A DNA stretch of 63,401 nt, the filler included, from Octopus bimaculoides (taxonomy: Eukaryota): the NCBI RefSeq assembly GCF_001194135.2. It is 4 parts of 4 records of this genome, joined end to end, with 100 filler letters (N's around TTAATTAATTAA, not from the genome) between each part and the next. Parts side by side here need not be neighbours in the genome. Positions count along the whole stretch, not along the records: positions 60,702 to 63,401 come from NC_068981.1; 3 more parts are not named here. One strand, given 5' to 3'. How positions within the stretch are numbered: the stretch's first letter is position 1; each line of letters starts with the position of its first letter. Under the pieces are notes generated by a model. The model was given only the letters and a program-made list of their open reading frames with translations, did not search any database and was not told the origin of the DNA. A program made the position numbers and the translations under genes. Positions 61,980 to 63,401 of the stretch are shown here, piece by piece.

Positions 61980-62414
61980 TATCTCAAATTTCATTAAAAT
62001 CGGATTAAAATATAAAAGTTATGGCCAAAAATATAATCCGTATTGGTATTTGGACGCAAAAAAACCTATTGATTTTACGAAACTACTGCTGAGGCGCAAT
62101 NNNNNNNNNNNNNNNNNNNNNNNNNNNNNNNNNNNNNNNNNNNNNNNNNNNNNNNNNNNNNNNNNNNNNNNNNNNNNNNNNNNNNNNNNNNNNNNNNNNN
62201 NNNNNNNNNNNNNNNNNNNNNNNNNNNNNNNNNNNNNNNNNNNNNNNNNNNNNNNNNNNNNNNNNNNNNNNNNNNNNNNNNNNNNNNNNNNNNNNNNNNN
62301 NNNNNNNNNNNNNNNNNNNNNNNNNNNNNNNNNNNNNNNNNNNNNNNNNNNNNNNNNNNNNNNNNNNNNNNNCAAATACACAGACAGACGCCATTACACA
62401 TTTATGTATATAGA
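61980..62414 (-). mobile_element. Non-autonomous Helitron X, 5' end at 62414, body partly in a gap
   Basis: Minus 5' TCTATATACATAAATGTGTAATGGCGTCTGTCTG; left boundary uncertain. Confidence 0.65.
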
Positions 62415-62789
62415 CTAGCAGTTAGACCCGACGTTGCTCGTGTTTTCTGTGTTGAAGTTAAGCCCATCTCTGACCTTGTATTGAATAAGCATTTCCTTAG
62501 AGACTATTCTATCAATTTTGTTGAAATTTTACACTTGAAAAATGCAAAAGCTGCAAGTAAAATAACATCGTTATGGGAATTTTCATTCAAACGCCCGATT
62601 GAGCTCACAAAAATCGATGCTAACTGAGCATTATTGAGTTTTCGAAAAATTCCGGCCTTATTTGAACTTCAGGGCATATGATCTACTTATGTGCCAAAAA
62701 TCATTAAAATCGGTTGGACGGTTTGGCAGGAGTTAGAGTAACCCCAAACACACACACAGACAGACACCATTACACATATATGTATATGT
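62415..62789 (-). mobile_element. Non-autonomous Helitron Y (about 375 bp)
   Basis: Minus 3' CGAGCAACGTCGGG..CTAG; the 5' region (ATGTGTAATGGTGTCTGTCTG) matches X. Confidence 0.8.
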
Positions 62790-62808
62790 TGTATGTATGT
62801 AATTGCCA

Positions 62809-62874
<66 letters not shown>

Positions 62875-63092
62875 GTGCGTGCGTGTGCGCCTCTGTGTGT
62901 CTTCGTGTGCCTTTGTGTGCTAATTATCCAATCTCCTCTCATCAAACTTTTAAAAAAGTTTTCACAGTTTCCTATATAATCTTAACCTACACTGTCTGAA
63001 ATGTATTTGTAGAAAATTTCATCGGAGAATATCCGTTTTTTAGAAAGTTATGAAGAAACAAAACCAGTGTATTGTACAAGGCGCAGAAAGTC

Positions 63093-63200
63093 GCTTTGCA
63101 AGCGAACAGTTTCGGGTTCAAGCCCACTGCGTAGCACCTTGGGCAAATGTCTTCTACTATAGCCGGCAAATGCCTTATGAATAGATTAGGTAGACAACCG
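63093..63200 (+). mobile_element. SINE family A fragment
   Basis: GGGTTCAAGCCCACTGCGTAGCACCTTGGGCAAATGTCTTCTACTATAGCC. Confidence 0.8.
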
Positions 63201-63231
63201 GTTTGAGATTGCTTATGTTCCCATTACTCAT

Positions 63232-63292
<61 letters not shown>

Positions 63293-63344
63293 TTAAGATA
63301 TACACACACGTACATAAAAATAAGTGAATATAAAGTTTGAGAAG

Positions 63345-63401
63345 GCGGCGAGCTGGCAGAAACGTTAGAACACTGGGCGAAATGTTTAGCGGTTATTTCG
63401 T
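63345..63401 (+). mobile_element. SINE family B head, cut by the window end
   Basis: GGCGGCGAGCTGGCAGAAACGTTAG. Confidence 0.8.

Overview
Eukaryotic, AT-rich, microsatellite-saturated draft-assembly sequence, most likely an octopus (inferred from CORE-type and Deu/Nin-type SINE families I recognise from memory; not database-checked). It has many N gaps and three artificial 44N-TTAATTAATTAA-44N scaffold linkers (16064, 41718, 60646), so the four segments need not be true neighbours. The one confident host gene is the 3' half of Nopp140/NOLC1 (+): a Ser/Lys repeat exon 41776-43350 plus two SRP40_C exons, 46664-46747 and 47951-48103. A possible cystine-knot (DAN-like) last exon sits at 3-80. The rest is decayed transposons: mariner, Tc1, maT, Tigger, Helitrons, hAT and piggyBac MITEs, RLE-type LINE ends, two head-to-tail L1/Tx1-type ORF1 units, two Penelope-like elements and many SINEs. 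The most interesting hidden layer is a set of type I hammerhead ribozyme motifs from about six families, each with a different loop-less palindromic helix III. Two look intact (1507+, 18314-). One is an A3:U8 core variant at both inverted ends of a Penelope element (2183-/3753+). One is a tandem pair whose defects could complement as a dimer (22022/22403), and one is a head-to-head foldback pair (27221-27653). No tRNA, rRNA or CRISPR array was found. All folds and alignments were done by eye, and repeat boundaries are approximate.
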